A program made the position numbers and the translations under genes. The notes beneath the pieces were generated by a model that worked only from the letters and a program-made list of their open reading frames with translations, had not been told where the DNA came from and searched no databases. Of a DNA stretch of 64,000 bases, positions 50,530 through 63,905 are shown piece after piece; the stretch's first letter is position 1, and each line of letters begins with the position of its first letter. Source of the stretch: Tubiluchus corallicola (lineage: Eukaryota > Animalia > Priapulida); NCBI GenBank assembly GCA_030141605.1, contig JAQGDQ010000641.1, forward strand, positions 56,338 to 120,337, read 5' to 3'.

Positions 50530-51078
50530 CTCTGCTTTTTATATTTAAATACATTAACAACATCAGCAAACCATTCCAGAATAACAGATTTACCTTTTTT
50601 CCAAATCCTATCGTTAATTCCAGAACAAGCAATCTAAAACAAATTAGGACAAATACCCACTATGGAACCAACTCTGTAATCAAACAAGCAATTCTACTTT
50701 GGAATTCTCTACCATTACAGGTTAAACAAATCAAGTCCCTATCAGCATTTAAAACAAAATTAAAATCACTAATATTAACAAGATATGAAATACCATCACA
50801 CCAGTACGACAACATACACACTAATTCAGAATTCATATATTCACGGCCATATTAATAAAATCATAATTTTTTCATATTTTGTGCATAGCTGTAAATATGT
50901 TTGATTTTATTCGTCGTTACTTTCCATTACTGCACAGTAGTTTAGATTGCACTGACGCATTTGCCTTTAGCAGTGCAAGTTTTTTATTAACTAACACTGA
51001 TTGATCATCTCTGTAAAGTTTTTATCAGTGATTATCAATGTATTTTAATGGCAAATAAAGATTATATATATATATATA
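50530..51078 (+). mobile_element. L2/CR1-group LINE 3' end
   Basis: LWNSLPLQVKQIKSLSAFKTKLK; AATAAA plus (TA)n tail; inverted copy at 63381-63905. Confidence 0.85.
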
Positions 51079-51144
51079 AAACCTTAATCCTAGGACTATC
51101 AGAGACGTGATTCAGTGGTAACAAGAAATAATTTTGAAGCAAAA

Positions 51145-51730
51145 TTGGACCCGATCTTAAACTGCAGGTCAAAACAATCTACTCTCTAAATTATTGAAAG
51201 GAAACATGCTATTTTTTCAAAAATGACTTACGTGAAAGAATTATTACCACACAAACAATTTCACGTACGCGCAGTTCTTCGCTGTTACGCTGTTCTTTCG
51301 CTATTCGCTAGTTAGACGGGCACTAGCGCCTGTATTTCGAAAACGCATTGCACAAAAATCAGCTGTTGTACCTGTCAGTTCAGATGTGTTAGTTTCTGAC
51401 GAACAGCACACGTTCGACAGGTCATGCGTGAGCACAGCGGTAAATTTAAAATTTTATCTCAAAACTTGCCTAGTTTTAGTACTGTGAATATCTTACAGTT
51501 GCACTGTACTTCAATTTTCGCTTTTGCAAACACGCCCAACACGCTCGTGGAATACTTTTGCTGTTGAAAATCATGTTCGTTTGTGATGTCATCAATAGTT
51601 GGGTTCGCCCACCGTTAATTAAGTTTTTAATGTAGTATTTATTTATCAGAAACGCTTTTACAGTATTAATTGTGTTAAAATGTATACTTTTTATTGTACT
51701 TGAAAATAGGGTTGTATATGAAAAATCATC
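51145..51730. repeat. Unclassified dispersed repeat (second copy ~59770-60432)
   Basis: Shared TCTTAAACTG(C/T)AGG...GCTAGTTAGACGGGCACTAG...TGTGATGTCATCAATAG...ATGAAAAATCAT. Confidence 0.7.
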
Positions 51731-51762
51731 TTGTCTTCTTGTAATTTTTTCAGCTGTTATAT

Positions 51763-52207
51763 ATTCATTAATTCATTTATTCATTCATACACTGGCCCAC
51801 TTACTCATTCACTCACTCACTCACTCATTCACTCACTCACTCACCCACTCATTCATTTATTCATTCATTCACTCACTCACGCATTCGTTCAATCATTCTT
51901 TCATTCACTTACTCACAAATTCATTCACTCGTTCATTCATCCAATCACTCATCTGCTCATTCACTCACTCACTCACTCACTCACTCATTTATTCATTCAT
52001 TCACTCACTCGCACATTCGTTCAATCATTCACTCGCTCACTTACTCACAAATTCATTCACTCGTTCATTCATTCATCCATTCAGTCATCCATTCATTCAC
52101 TCATCTGCTCATTCACTCACTCACTCGCTAATTCATTCATTCATTCTTCATTCATTCATTCTTCATTCATTCATTCATTCATTCTTCATTCATTCATTCA
52201 TTCATTC
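51763..52207. repeat. (TTCA/CTCA)n degenerate microsatellite
   Basis: Read directly from the sequence. Confidence 0.95.
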
Positions 52208-52435
52208 AACAAATCCACCTTTCACTTTTTTTATAAAGTTAGGAGATGCCTTCTAATTTGTCCAAATATAGGATATACACTTGTGTCCTTGGGCTTCGTG
52301 TGGGAGGTGGTACAAATTCCTAGCTACTAAACCCCCTTTGCAAACGCCCCCCTCGGCATGAACCTGACACTTACTCCTTTAAGCGCACAAAAGTAATACT
52401 AAATTATAAACTCTGAATATGTTTGTGCTTTGATT

Positions 52436-52500
52436 GTCACTCGAACTCCAGACCTTCTGCTTCGCGTGTAGCTATGCTAACCATTACACCACAGAGGCAC
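52436..52500 (-). mobile_element. tRNA-like SINE head
   Basis: CTGTGGTGTAATGGTTAGC (A box) ... GAGTTCGAGT (B box); no acceptor-stem closure. Confidence 0.55.
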
Positions 52501-53261
52501 TCGAGACGTTAAACTTTTATAGATTAATTAACTTAGATTACTGAGGGGAACGACTGGTGCTTCTCATAAAAAACGATGAATTTTAGCACCTCTGAATTTT
52601 AAAAACTAGCGTTGTAAAATTGTAAACCGGTATCAAATTTCTTTGGAACGCCGTTCATCCAGAATCTTACCTATGAACAGTGACCAGGTATGTAAGATGC
52701 TGATGATATTCGCTTTCCCCACCGCCTCTTTTTCCCTGCAGCGAAATTTTCACCGCCTCCTGAACTTTTTATGATTCTGTGCTGCCTCAATGAGCCATTG
52801 AAACGACATTCGTGAAATTCTTTTGCCAGCCGCTAGGGCGGCGCTACACAACGGGCTCGCAGAAGATGGAAATCGTAGTCCGTTTGAAGCGCAGGTTGCA
52901 TTTTTTTCCAAAACAAGTTATAAGTTCATCTTGGCAGTGAAACTAACTTTGTTCTGGTGCTTATGACATAACCCCTGGGTATTTGGAGAGTTTGAGATCA
53001 CCCCTGAAAATGAACAGTTACATTTTAATGAGTCCAGTTAGTGCTCCTGGCAAAACTAATTAACAAGAATACCTGCGCAGCTTCCGTAAATGTTTTCAAT
53101 ACAAACAGTTCCAGCCTGAGAATCAACAAGTTTCAACAAAACATGAATGGATTCTAGTAAAGTATGGTAGCACAAAAGGCCAATGAGAGCAAGAGTATGG
53201 TAGCACAAAGGGCCAATGAATTTGTGGAGGTGTTTGCAGGTATTATACACGTAGTGAGGTG

Positions 53262-53754
<493 letters not shown>

Positions 53755-54134
53755 GTGAGGTAGAATTCACTGCTTGCGCGTCCATTTGTAGGTGATTGTG
53801 ATGAAATGACCTTGATAACGGACTTCATATACACAGGTACGTCAATCATTTCGATTTTATCAGGCAGTCAGGGCCGGTTTAAGACCTCAAGAGCCCCTAA
53901 AAATTTATTCTTTTAATAAAGATTACATATTGGATGAATAAATTAATTAAATAATAGATTTACCTAATTCTAATATGCACTTAAGACGCATAAGGTCATT
54001 AAGACAGTTGCAGCGCCATTACGGCAGTGAAAAGTTCTTTCATGTTGTCCTTCTTATGGAAGACCTAGTTTCAACCTGAATAGGTTTACTGACCGCAAAT
54101 AACCCAATTGTAAATAACTCGATAGGGAGTCTAC

Positions 54135-54383
54135 AGAATGTTATGTTTAATAAGATAGAACTCTTTTGTGTCCGCAAGATGGCAGTGCTGAGAGAAAGTA
54201 AATAGGCTAGACCATAGAGAATGTTATGTTTAATAAGATGGAACTCTTTTGTGTCCGCAAGATGGCAGTGCAGAGAGAAAGTAAATAGGCTAGACCATAG
54301 AGAATGTTATATTTAATAAGTTAGAACTCTTTTGTGTCCGCAAGATGGCAGTGTTGAGAGAAAGTAAATAGGCTAGATCATAG
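54135..54383. repeat. 83-bp tandem repeat, 3 copies
   Basis: AGAATGTTAT at 54135, 54218 and 54301. Confidence 0.95.
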
Positions 54384-54393
54384 TAGTGATTTG

Positions 54394-54893
54394 CAGGGAT
54401 GAGGCGGAATTCCGAGTTTTTGGAAGACCAGTAGTGCCATTTTTGTAAATCGCTTAAATTCGTTGAGAAAATTTTTACGGACTCAGTACATTATTTCACA
54501 AACTGACCGCTAGTTGGCAGGCCGTCACTATCTTTACATCACGTATATCAGCGTAACCACGTGTAGATCTCTATGTATAAAAATATAGAATCAATTGTGC
54601 GGAGTTATTTGAGTCAATTGCAGACAGTTTTTATATACTTTTGCATAGGAGCGGCCAGTACTTAGGCGTTTTTGAGACAATTAGGTATCATGTATCCTTG
54701 ATAGTTGGGTATTTTAAATTGTGCATGAAACAAGGTAATTGATATTGTAAGTCCACTTAGAGGCTCTATGGTCACAAAATTGCAATTTGTTGCTGGCCCT
54801 TGAACCCTCATGAGGGCTTTGCCCCTCAACACCATTAGGGGCCTAGGCGGCCCCGTTTCAGAGTTTTTTTGCAATTTGTCATTCTCACCCCTG
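54394..54893 (-). mobile_element. CAGGGATGAG MITE, inverted
   Basis: TSD GATTTG. Confidence 0.9.
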
Positions 54894-55318
54894 GATTTGA
54901 ATTTACTTTGCTGCAAATTTTCACAATCACGCCTTTTCGATATAAAGAAGCTAGGGGCTTATGGTAATTGACTGTATTAACTACACACTATGTAAGTGCT
55001 GCCATCCAACGACAGTAAAAATCGCCAATGTTTATTTTTACATAAATCAGTCTATTTTGTAGCTAACTGCGGGAATAAGTAACGAAACTTAAAGGACAAG
55101 AAAAGGGGCACCTGAAGTAAGTTTCAGAAAAATCGCCACAAAAAATCAAATTACTTTATAGCAATTTTATGCACATATCGTACTCGCGATGAATGAATTT
55201 TTTGTTTGTTTTCATTTTAAATCTCCCGCGATACTGTTCCGTAGTCGCCATTACAGTGACGTCACTATGCACAACGTAAATTAGGGAAGAAAAGGAACAG
55301 TTTTCCTTAACGCTGATA

Positions 55319-55997
55319 TGTTTATGCTGGCTTCCTTGTGAAGAAACTAATTTCCTCCTGGCAACGTGTTTTAGTTTAGCGCAAAAAAAACCCGTGTTAT
55401 AACTATCGGTACCCGGACGACGTGTGTGTGGCAGAGCTAGGTAAGAGACCCGAAAGGGGGTCTCCGAACGATGAAGAAAATTCTCGAATAAACTTTGCAA
55501 GAGGATTTAGTGTCACATACAAGTTGTACCAACTGCTGTCCACACTACAGCTGTATTGGAGCCAAGTTCTTCGGTAAGTGACCAGTACTGTAGACGATGG
55601 ACTTTGACCTACGCCTCCGCAGCCTGGACACGCCTTTAGCTGGAAAATTTTACTGTCAGAAACTAAACTGGGCGCTGCTACTGCTACATGTTATCGACTT
55701 GGGAATTCTGGAACAGATTGTCTACTCAAATTATCAGCAGTAGGAATTTGTTGTAGTTTGCCCCCGGGGTCGCGTGCCCGTGTGCTAACCATAGACATCT
55801 CTGTGGTCTGTGCACCGTGTTACGCTCGGATAGTTGCCGTGGAATGTACCTGATGACTTGTTTTGTCGGTTTTGTGAGTTCCCTTATGTTTACACGCCCC
55901 GTGGTTGAGTTACTGGTTTATTTTATTTGCAAATAGTGTGTGTGTTAAAGTTAAATCAAAGCATATCAGACTAAGTGTGCTATTGGATATAACAACA
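55319..55997 (+). mobile_element. Possible solo LTR
   Basis: TGTT...AACA termini and a GC-richer interior starting where homology to the 7936 element ends; flanks GATA/GGTA. Confidence 0.3.
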
Positions 55998-56039
55998 GGT
56001 AAGGGCTGTTGCATTTACTGATTATAGTAGTTGTCGTAG

Positions 56040-56200
56040 ACTAAGTAGTGGTAGTGGTAGTAGTAGTAGACTGAGTAGTGGTACTAATAGTTTTAGTGGT
56101 AGTGGTATACTAAGTAGTAGTAGTGTGAATGGTAGTGGTAGTAGTGGTAATAGTATTAGTGGTCGTGGTAGTGGTAGAGTAAGTAGTTGTAGTGTTAATG

Positions 56201-56234
<34 letters not shown>

Positions 56235-56546
56235 TGGTAGTGGTAGTGGTAGTGGTAGTGGTAGTGGTAGTGGTAGTGGTAGTGGTAGTGGTAGTAGTAG
56301 TGGTAGTGGTAGTGGTAGTGGTAGTGGTAGTGGTAGTGTTAGTGGTAGTGGTAGTGGTAGTAATAGTGTTAGTGTTAGTGGTAGTGGTAGTGGTAGTGTT
56401 AGTGGTAGTGTTAGTGTTAGTGGTAGTGGTAGTGGTAGTGGTAGTGGTAGTAGTAGTGGTAGTAATAGTGTTAGTGTTAGTGGTAGTGGTAGTGGTAGTA
56501 GTAGTGGTAGTAATAGTGTTAGTGTTAGTGGTAGTGTTAGTGGTAG
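56040..56546. repeat. (AGT)n/(GGTAGT)n microsatellite
   Basis: Read directly from the sequence. Confidence 0.97.
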
Positions 56547-57378
56547 ACTAAAAGGGTAGTCTTGTTAGTTTTGATAATTAAACCCGTATTGCACTTTGTT
56601 TATTTGACCTATTTACCGGTGTTGAGTTGTTTACTGCTTTAAATTGAGCTTACAAGCAACTTTCGACGTTATTAACAGCAGTACGTAACTTACCTAACTG
56701 TGTGTTGATTAACTTGTTTCTTTAACTCGAGTTGAAATTGAAAATGAAATACTGATTCCTGGCAACTAGTCTACAGACTCGACGGTCGTGCTGCAAATTC
56801 GCTAAAGGCAGATTTCGTTTCAAAATCTTAAAAGCCGTTTTAGGGAGCCATTATTTTATTATCGTAACTCCACAGTAATCTTAATAAAACGTGACTATGC
56901 TCAACAGGTTACTGAACACTTTATAATCATGATCACAGTTTTTCTTAGTTCTCTCTCCATTTCATCTTTCATTCACTACTCCCCCCACACTTTTATGTAT
57001 ATATTATTATTATTTCAATTATTAATCACTTCTTTAGGATTTCCACGTACAGTTTGGGCTGTCCATCTATGCTTTTAGGCTTAAACTTTATGCATCAAAA
57101 TTACTCTGTAATGTATTTGCTGCATAAGAATCTCTTTTGTAATTTCTGGATAATATTGCATTTATATTTATATTTACTTCATTGAAATTATCTGTATTTT
57201 TATTATAACTGTTAGATGCAGAGTGGAATTAAATAAACATAACTTGTGTTTGGTTGGTTACACGCATAGTTTCTAAAATCACCCGTTCGAGGGCACCACC
57301 GTTCACCCATTTGCAAACAAGGTATATGATGTCCTTCGTGTCAACTTACGTAAGTTTTGTCCACTATTTTTGCAGTTG

Positions 57379-57748
57379 TGTTGTGGAGATCGCTGGCATC
57401 TATTAGAATTACATAAAACATTGTAGAATGTTCCGTTAGAATAATCGTCTTACCTTGTAGAATGTTCTACAAAGAAACGTCTGGAATGTTCCCTGGCACC
57501 CTATATAAGGCGAAGCAGGCCGCTGACAGACGCACGCAGATTTCGCACGGACGCCACTTACACATTCTCTTGTATATTTGTAATATCAGATACACTCAAA
57601 CGTTTTCCAGTTTTTCACCTTTAGCGTAATCATTTCGCGTTCCTTCATACTTTTGTGTTGTAGAATTCTCGGTTAATAAACTAGTTTAATTTGACGAAGT
57701 GTTTTCTGGTTTTCTCTACGAGCCTTCCAAGAGAAACAAAACACAACA
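57379..57748 (+). mobile_element. Solo LTR (370 bp)
   Basis: TGTTGTG...CACAACA termini, TATA box, polyA signal; no adjacent PBS or internal ORFs. Confidence 0.85.
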
Positions 57749-58006
57749 AATGTTCGAATTTTTTTAGTTGAATTCGATTCGAACATAACATTATTGTTGA
57801 CTGGTACCATTGGTATGTTGGCACATGTTTTCATTCAGATCCACTTAGCTGATTTTATTTTGTTTTATCTTTTGGGAAAAATTATAAACAAATCGTCCTA
57901 GGGAAGGCAAATTGTAACTTCTCCCGTTTGAGGCAAATTCTTCTATATGAGCATGGGGGCTTCTTGAAGAGAATGAATTCACGGTGCAACTTATTTTCCT
58001 AGAGTA

Positions 58007-58580
58007 CAGTGTTCCCTCGCTAGTTCGCGGTTCGTTTATCGCGGACTCGCTGTTTTGCGGGTTTTCAAAAATATTAATGTAAAATATTTATCGCGGTATT
58101 TTCGCTGTTTTGCGGGTTTTTGCGGTACTCTGTCTAAAGTATTTTTGCACATGCGTAGTATGTATTGTACAGTAATGTATAGATTTGATGAATTTTGCAT
58201 ACAAAAATCACAAAATGTATAAAGATATATAAAAATATTAATTCTGACATTACAAGAATATTATAAATCGTAAAAAATTACCATTTACAGTAAATAGTGT
58301 ATTTATTCGGCGGATGAATACACACCAAAAACGAAATGTAGTACTTGCGCCCGCTTGAGATGCTATTTGCCGACGTGAGATTGTACACGACACACGATTG
58401 GTTGATTGATGGAAAGCTTTTTAAAAGGTACATGTGCAGTATGGGAAAAGTTATTAAGGGAATGGGAAAGGGTTATGTATAAGAGTGTGGGGATGTATAA
58501 CTACTAAAATAAGTATAGCGTCCCTACTTCGCGGAAATTCACTTACCACGGGTGGACCTAGAACGGAACACCCGCGCTAA
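58007..58580. mobile_element. Tigger-like MITE with clipped right TIR
   Basis: TA|CAGTGTTCCCTCGC start, TCGCGG subrepeats, end TTCGCGGAAATTCAC...ACCCGCG. Confidence 0.7.
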
Positions 58581-58595
58581 GTAGTTGCTCTACTC

Positions 58596-59056
58596 CAGGG
58601 GTGTGCAAATTGCGGCCCGCCCGAGAGAATTTGTCAACCTAATGAAAGTGCGGCCCGGGCGATTAATTGAGTGTATCCAGCTGAAGTCCGTGCCACGATC
58701 CCAAAGATAGCACGGGTAGTTTTTTCTACTAGATCGGATGCCATTAACCCTTACAAGACAGTTGTAGCTTAATGTCACTGTACTACACAGACTGTGTGAT
58801 ACACATTACTAATATGCATTGTAATGAAATTACCACTATCTGTCCTGAAAGTAGAAATATATGGTTTGTAATATAAATTTTAATAACTTCTAAAATAGTT
58901 TATTGAGTGTAATAGTAATGATGTACGCAGGTCGGATGCAAAAAATCGTCATTAGGCCTTTCTGTACTTGGCTCCTTGATGAAACTGCCCGTGGCCCGCA
59001 GGAATTGTGGGAAAGTTTAATATGGCCCGGCTAGTCAGATAATTTGCACACCCCTG
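58596..59056 (-). mobile_element. hAT Buster-type MITE
   Basis: TSD CTCTACTC/ATCTACTC; TIRs intact. Confidence 0.9.
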
Positions 59057-59464
59057 ATCTACTCTATCTTCAAGTAGTTGTTTACTCGTTTTAGGTGCCT
59101 TTTCTTAGTTTTAACGTATAAATTAGAGAGCTGCGAAGAAGAAGAAGAAGAGGTTCACAAATTTGCAGGCAGTTTTTCACTCACTAATTCTCTCGGTTGC
59201 AGAAAATTTGTTACTTTGCATCTCTGGGTTTATTGATTTTGCTGCTTTATTATTCACTTTCTAGTAGAATGTATCGACAGCTTTTGCTGCGTGGTGCATG
59301 CAAGCGTCAAATTCTGCTGTGAAGTCGGAAAGTTCTGTGGAAATTTAACCGGAAGTCGACATGGAAGTGGTTGTGGCAACGATGCACAACTGTAGGAGGT
59401 GTTGTGAACTGCGTGGAGGCGGGTCTGCTGGCGGGAGATGCTGCTTAATATATGTTTAGCGATT

Positions 59465-59640
59465 TAAATTAAGCAACACCCAGGCTGTTTAGTGGATGGA
59501 TAGATGACTGTTGGCTGTTTCGTATCCTAAGTTCCAGCTTACCTAAGACACCTCTGCCAGTTCATGCAGAGCTCACTTTTAGATGGATCTCCTTGATAAT
59601 TAGGTAGATTCCGACCCCGCCACAAACATATACATGCAGA
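59465..59640 (+). mobile_element. Second, highly degenerate 5S-like SINE relic
   Basis: AATTAAGCAACACCCAGGCTGTTTAGTGGATGGATAGATGAC resembles the 5S A-box to C-box region. Confidence 0.35.
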
Positions 59641-60482
59641 GGTTAAGGCTTCGGGGTTTTGTCATTGTCAGCTGTAACCCATGATGATGACTGTTTTTTT
59701 ATTTTAAAACACGTGTTTACATAAATGGATCTCTAGCTGTATGTAAAGTTTTAAGTTAAAACAAAACCGGACTCATTCTTAAACTGTAGGTAAAAACAAT
59801 CTACTCTTTAAAATATTGAAAGAAAACATACTATTTTTTTAAAGAATGACCTACGTGAAAGAATTATTACCACACAGCACACAATTTCATGTCTGCGCCG
59901 CTGTTACATGCATTTCGCCTTTCGCTAGTTAGACGGGCACTAGAACCTGCATTTCGGAAAGCGTTGCACACAAAAAACAGGCGCCGCACCTCTCAGTTCA
60001 GATGTGTTAGTTTGTGACGAACTGCATACGTGACAACAGTAAATTTAGAATTCGAATTTTTGCCCAGTTTTAGTACAGCACACTAAATCTCTTATAACAC
60101 CTTATAACATGGCAGGTAATTAAATGTGTCACGCTTGCTTTAAATGAGTAATAAACCTATTTCAGTTCCAGCGATTGATGATGATCGTGAAAAGGTCAAA
60201 TCTCTTACAGTAGCACCGTACGTCAATTTTCTCTTTCACAAACACGCTCATGGAATGTTTTTAATGTTGAAGAAGATGTTACGTTGTGATGTCATCAATA
60301 GCTGGGCTCGCCCGCTGTTAATTACGTTTTTAATCTATTATTTAATTATCAAAAACGCTTTTAGAGTATTATTGGTGTTAAAATGTATTCTTTTTACCAT
60401 ACTTGAAAATGGGGTAGGGTATGAAAAATCATGCAACCTTCCACAAGTACACACACGCTGATACAATGTTAAATACATATAT

Positions 60483-60986
60483 TGTTGTTGTTGTTGTTGG
60501 CATCCTTCTGTCTCGGAAGACAATGGAATGTGCGCCAAGAGAGTCCGATCTTTGAACGTCTCCAGGGCGCACGCCTGGGCAAGGTGTATGGAGATCCTGA
60601 GTTGCCCACTCCGCAGGAACCCCCTCTCTTCCTCCCTGGTGTAGTCCAAAGGAAAGCGGAGCGATACGTTTGGCACCAGGTTGGCTGCAGGAGCTGCTGG
60701 AGTCAGTGAGCATGCTGGACTGGTCCGCCTTCGGGGCTCCACTCCTGATTTGGAAGGTTTGCTCCTCTACAGATGGCCGTTGGGTCACTTGACCCCCCCG
60801 CCCTCTAGCCGTTGGCTGCTTGTGCAGCTCCTCCGCCTAGTGTCGAGATACAGTGTGGGCATCGTGCAAACTTACAGCACCTGGTATTCCTAGGCGGTCA
60901 CCAATCCAAGCACTAACCAGGCTCTACGTTGCTTAACTTCGGTGATCAGACGAGAACCAGTGTTTTCAACGTGATTTGGCCGTACA
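60483..60986 (-). mobile_element. 5S rRNA-headed SINE (SINE3) with near-complete 5S head
   Basis: 5S-like head ~60868-60984 with A box AGTTAAGC and C box TGGATTGGTGACC; TSD TAAATACATA(T/A)AT; (AAC)n tail. Confidence 0.92.
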
Positions 60987-61715
60987 TAAATACATAAATA
61001 ACTAATGATATATCACTAAGATTGTCAAAAGTTATAAGCAGAAAAATAACCACTTGACGCTATTAAATTATTACGCAACGAGCCAAATCGCTAATTAACC
61101 TAAAACTGATATTTATCAGAGCGATTATAGAGAATATTTTTATCCATGTGAGACCTAGTTTGTATATGAACTATATCATTCAAAATTTGGCAATAAAATG
61201 TACAAAATTTTGCAGATCAATACATCTATCAATAATAAAATATCAATATTTACAAATTTGTGAATTAAACACTCCCTTCTTATCTACGTAACCCAATTTG
61301 CAAAGTGGTGGAGCCGATGGAATTTGCAGTCGTAGTATTTTTGTTTTACTGGCTATAGATGGCGCTAGTTGCCAACCGCTATTTTGACTTGGGTGTTTTA
61401 ATGTGTTTTTCGGCGGTAATACTGGGCTATCACGTGTCAAAATAAACGCACGTGACATATGCTACTGTTTATTATTATCCATCGCAAGGAAAATCTGATG
61501 TCTGTGGAGAAAGCGGGCTTTTAAGAGGTAACTTGGCAGCAGCGGTAATTAAATGTATCACGCTTTTACTTTGAAATATGCCCTATTAAATGGAAGTAAT
61601 AAACCTGTTTCAGTTCCCAGCGATTGATGATGATCGTGAAAAGGTCAAAGGTACACAAAGGCCAGACAACACATTTGCGTACGCTTGACAACGCCTCGCA
61701 GCCCATGCTACTGTA

Positions 61716-62182
61716 TAGGTTTTACATGTGAAATGTAGAGCTACGTTAACTCAAATGTGTAATTCAAATGTGTTTAGGTAATTCAAATGTGTTTTGGTAA
61801 CTCAAATGTAGACTTTAACTCAAATGTAGTTTAGGTAGTTCAAATGTGTTAACAATGGTTTTCACCAAATCTTGAGCGCTTTTGGTAAGTCAAATGTAGA
61901 CACATGTCAAGTCAAATGTGACATTGGTATCTCAAATGTGGATAGGTGTTAAAGTTTAAGGATGTTAAATTTAATCTTCTTTAATTTCAATTTAATAATA
62001 GCTCTTAAGTTAAAATACTAACGTTATAGGCCTACTAACAGATGCACTATCTTTGGTTTATCTTTTTCTAATTTGCACTTAAATAAGTTAATTACCGATT
62101 TATTCAAAGTAACGCATCTACATTTGACTTACCTAAGTCACATTTGAACTTTCCTGTGTCTACATTTGACGTGTAAAACCTA
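61716..62182. mobile_element. TAGGTTTT-TIR MITE nested in the Academ-like element
   Basis: TA TSD supported by the empty site CTACTGTAATAG at ~28559. Confidence 0.9.
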
Positions 62183-62436
62183 TAATAGTAACAGTTTTAA
62201 CAGCTAGCTAGAACCTTACCTAGTTCATTTTTCCTTGCTCCAAGCACAAGATATTGCTAGTCAATCACTCTATGCACAGACTAATGCATAATTAAGTAAA
62301 CAATTGAAGTTACTGAACTGAAGTAAATTTTTCTGATTCTAAAAATTATGAAGCTGTACTGGCGTAGCATAAAATGAAGGATTGTGGCTATTTTTTTAAA
62401 TTAAGGGGAATCTTGCCGCGATATACATGAATCAAA

Positions 62437-62921
62437 GAATGTGATAGTTTGGCCTTGATAGTTCAATTCAAAATAGAAATCCGATAAGGTATTGTTGTAG
62501 TGTGTATTGACACTCAATATTAAGGTGGCAACAAATTGTTGACTTGTTGCGCAGCGCCATCTCTTGGTGTTAAATGTAATAATAGCGTGATTCTCCGAAT
62601 GTAATAGTTTGGCCTTGATAGTTCAATTCAAAATAGAAATCTGATAAGGTATTGTTGTAGTGTGTATTGACACTCAATATTAAGGTGACAGGAAATTGTT
62701 GACTTGTTGCGCAGCGCCATCTCTTGGTGTTAAATGTAATAATAGCGTGATTCTCCGAATGTAATAGTTTGGCCTTGATAGTTCAATTCAAAATAGCAAC
62801 CTGGTAAGGTATTGTTGTAGTGTGTATTGATACTCAATATTAAGGTGACAGGAAATTGTTGACTTGTTACGCAGCGCCATCTCTTGATGTTAAATGTAAT
62901 AATAGCGTGATTCTCCGAATG
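62437..62921. repeat. 160-bp tandem repeat, 3 copies
   Basis: GAATG at 62437, 62597, 62757 and 62917. Confidence 0.95.
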
Positions 62922-63380
62922 CTTGTAATTTAACTGTATATTTAGAAAATACTCAGAGATAGCGCTCAAAATCTAAAAAAAATTGGGTCATTTTTTAAAT
63001 TAGGTTTCGTATCCATGACATGGCAGTAATAAGGCGATTAATCTCAAAATTTTTGAAAATTATTTTTTTCAGGCTTCGAAACTCAGAGTTAATCTTATTA
63101 GAAAATTTTTACTCTCTATGAGAGTTCTAACAAGCGAGACATGAATCACAAAGTGCAGTAATCATCTCCAGCAATTATTGAGCACTGTAATATGTATTTT
63201 TGGGCGCCAGATGGCGCCAGCAGGTTATCACGTCATGTATTAGCAGACTTGAATGAAAGCCGGGTAAGAAACGCTAGCGTATATTTCTGGCGCCGCTGTT
63301 CAAATGCAACGTGTCTTTTAGTTTGATTGTTGTATGTCTGTCTGTTCGTCTGTCTGTCTGTCTGTTCATATATATAAGAT

Positions 63381-63905
63381 ATAATAATCTTTATTTGCCA
63401 TTAAAATACATTGATAATCACTGATAAAAACTTTACAGAGATGATCAATCAGTGTTAGTTAATAAAAACTTACACTGCTAAAGGCAAATGCGTCAGTGCA
63501 ATCTAAACTACTGTGCCTGTAATGGAAAGTAACGACGAATAAAATCAAACCATATTTACAACTATGCACAAAAAAATGAAAAAAAAACTATGATTTAATT
63601 AATATGGCCGTGGATATATGAATTCTGAATTAGTGTGTATGTTGTCGTACTGGTGTGATGGTATTTCATATCTGGTTAATATTAGTGATTTTAATTTTAT
63701 TTTAAATGCTGATAGGGACTTGATTTGTTTAACCTGTAATGGTAGAGAATTCCAAAGTAGAATTGCTTGTTTGATTACAGAGTTCGTTCCATAGTGGGTA
63801 TTTGTCCTAATTTGTTTTAGATTGCTTGTTCTGGAATTAATGATAGGATTTGGAAAAAAGGTAAATCTGTTATTCTGGAATAGTTTGCTGATGTTGTTAA
63901 TGTTT
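63381..63905 (-). mobile_element. L2/CR1-group LINE 3' end, second copy
   Basis: Reverse complement of 50550-51065 with few differences. Confidence 0.85.

Noticed and set aside
52436-52500. tRNA gene
   Set aside because: A and B boxes are present but the T-arm and acceptor stem do not close; it is a SINE head.
55845-55870. CTGATGA core as a hammerhead ribozyme
   Set aside because: No flanking helices or correctly placed GAAA.
60868-60984. Functional 5S rRNA gene
   Set aside because: It has substitutions and no oligo-T terminator, continues into an RTE-like body and is enclosed by TSDs, so it is a SINE head.
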